A stretch of DNA of 64,000 bases from Phoronis australis (Eukaryota > Animalia > Phoronida), in assembly GCA_002633005.1 (NCBI GenBank), contig NMRA01000184.1, positions 65,255 through 129,254 of the forward strand, read 5' to 3'. The number at the start of each line of letters is the position of its first letter. Position 1 is the first letter of the stretch. This document shows positions 63,301 through 64,000 of the stretch, one piece after another. A model generated the notes under the pieces. That model had not been told where the DNA came from, ran no database searches, and saw only the letters and a program-made list of their open reading frames with translations. The position numbers and the translations under genes are program-made.

Positions 63301-64000
63301 AACTCATTTAACTGCTAAAAGTATCGGTATCCGATTAAAATGAACCATTTTTCATATATAATTGAACCGCTTTATGTTAAGAATTTATACTCACACAGCA
63401 AATTTTCTAACGACAACTGTAAACCAGATGAAAGCTGAAGTTGTCGAAAGGGAACATGTAATGGATATTTCTTAGAACCAAACAGTTGTCTTTTGCAAAT
63501 TTGGATCGAAAACAAGGGTGTGCATGATACATCTCGTTTTTCATTAAGTACGACTTTGTCTTCTGAAAGGACTGTATAGAATATTAAAAAGCGAAGCCAG
63601 CAAACTTGGGTAGTGCAACCCAGTCAAGTAGTCAGTAGGCTACTGACAGTACTGAGTACTCCGTCTCTGCAGGACTGAGACATAAGAAAAGACAGCTCCT
63701 ATAGACGCCACATATGCTGAAAAGTTTTCGGCAAATTATGCTGCATACCGATTTAAAAAAGTCATGTTACTATAAGTACCTTTTGCGCATAGAGGGACAC
63801 TTTAGGTAGCCATCGATGTCTTTTAATTCCTTAATGAAACTCCAGTCCCGTAGGCAGTAACCAAACTTTTTCTTGGAGCAGATCTTTGCTCAGTTGCCCA
63901 AATTGGCAACTGGTCACTTTTTATACTGCTCACCAGGTGGTATGACGTCATATCTCCTGGCGTGCGCTCTGTTAAAAAAGGGCAATTCTGGTTTGAAGCT

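Overview
Intron-rich, AT-rich animal genomic DNA, probably from a marine invertebrate; the taxon cannot be fixed from sequence alone. Manual exon-by-exon reconstruction gives three intact genes. (1) TUBGCP2 on the minus strand has 26 coding exons (6673-26349, about 883 aa) and one AT-AC U12-type intron. (2) TMEM138 on the plus strand has 4 coding exons (28757-33510, 160 aa) and lies head-to-head with TUBGCP2. (3) An ARHGAP1/8-type BCH+RhoGAP gene on the minus strand has 13 coding exons (38734-62990, about 480 aa) and is convergent with TMEM138; its first coding exon is tentative. A disrupted NAT8/camello-like GNAT gene is nested in the first ARHGAP intron. The first 4.3 kb holds two decayed Ty3/Gypsy LTR retrotransposon remnants. 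Introns carry MITEs, tRNA-derived SINE heads, Helentron/HINE-like elements and minisatellites. The most notable signals are tandem repeats that copy exon-intron junctions in all three genes (decoy splice sites), two in-frame candidate microexons with UGC motifs, the minor-spliceosome intron, and the nested GNAT. A duplicated TUBGCP2 exon flanking an N is most likely a haplotype assembly artefact. No prokaryotic-type system is present.
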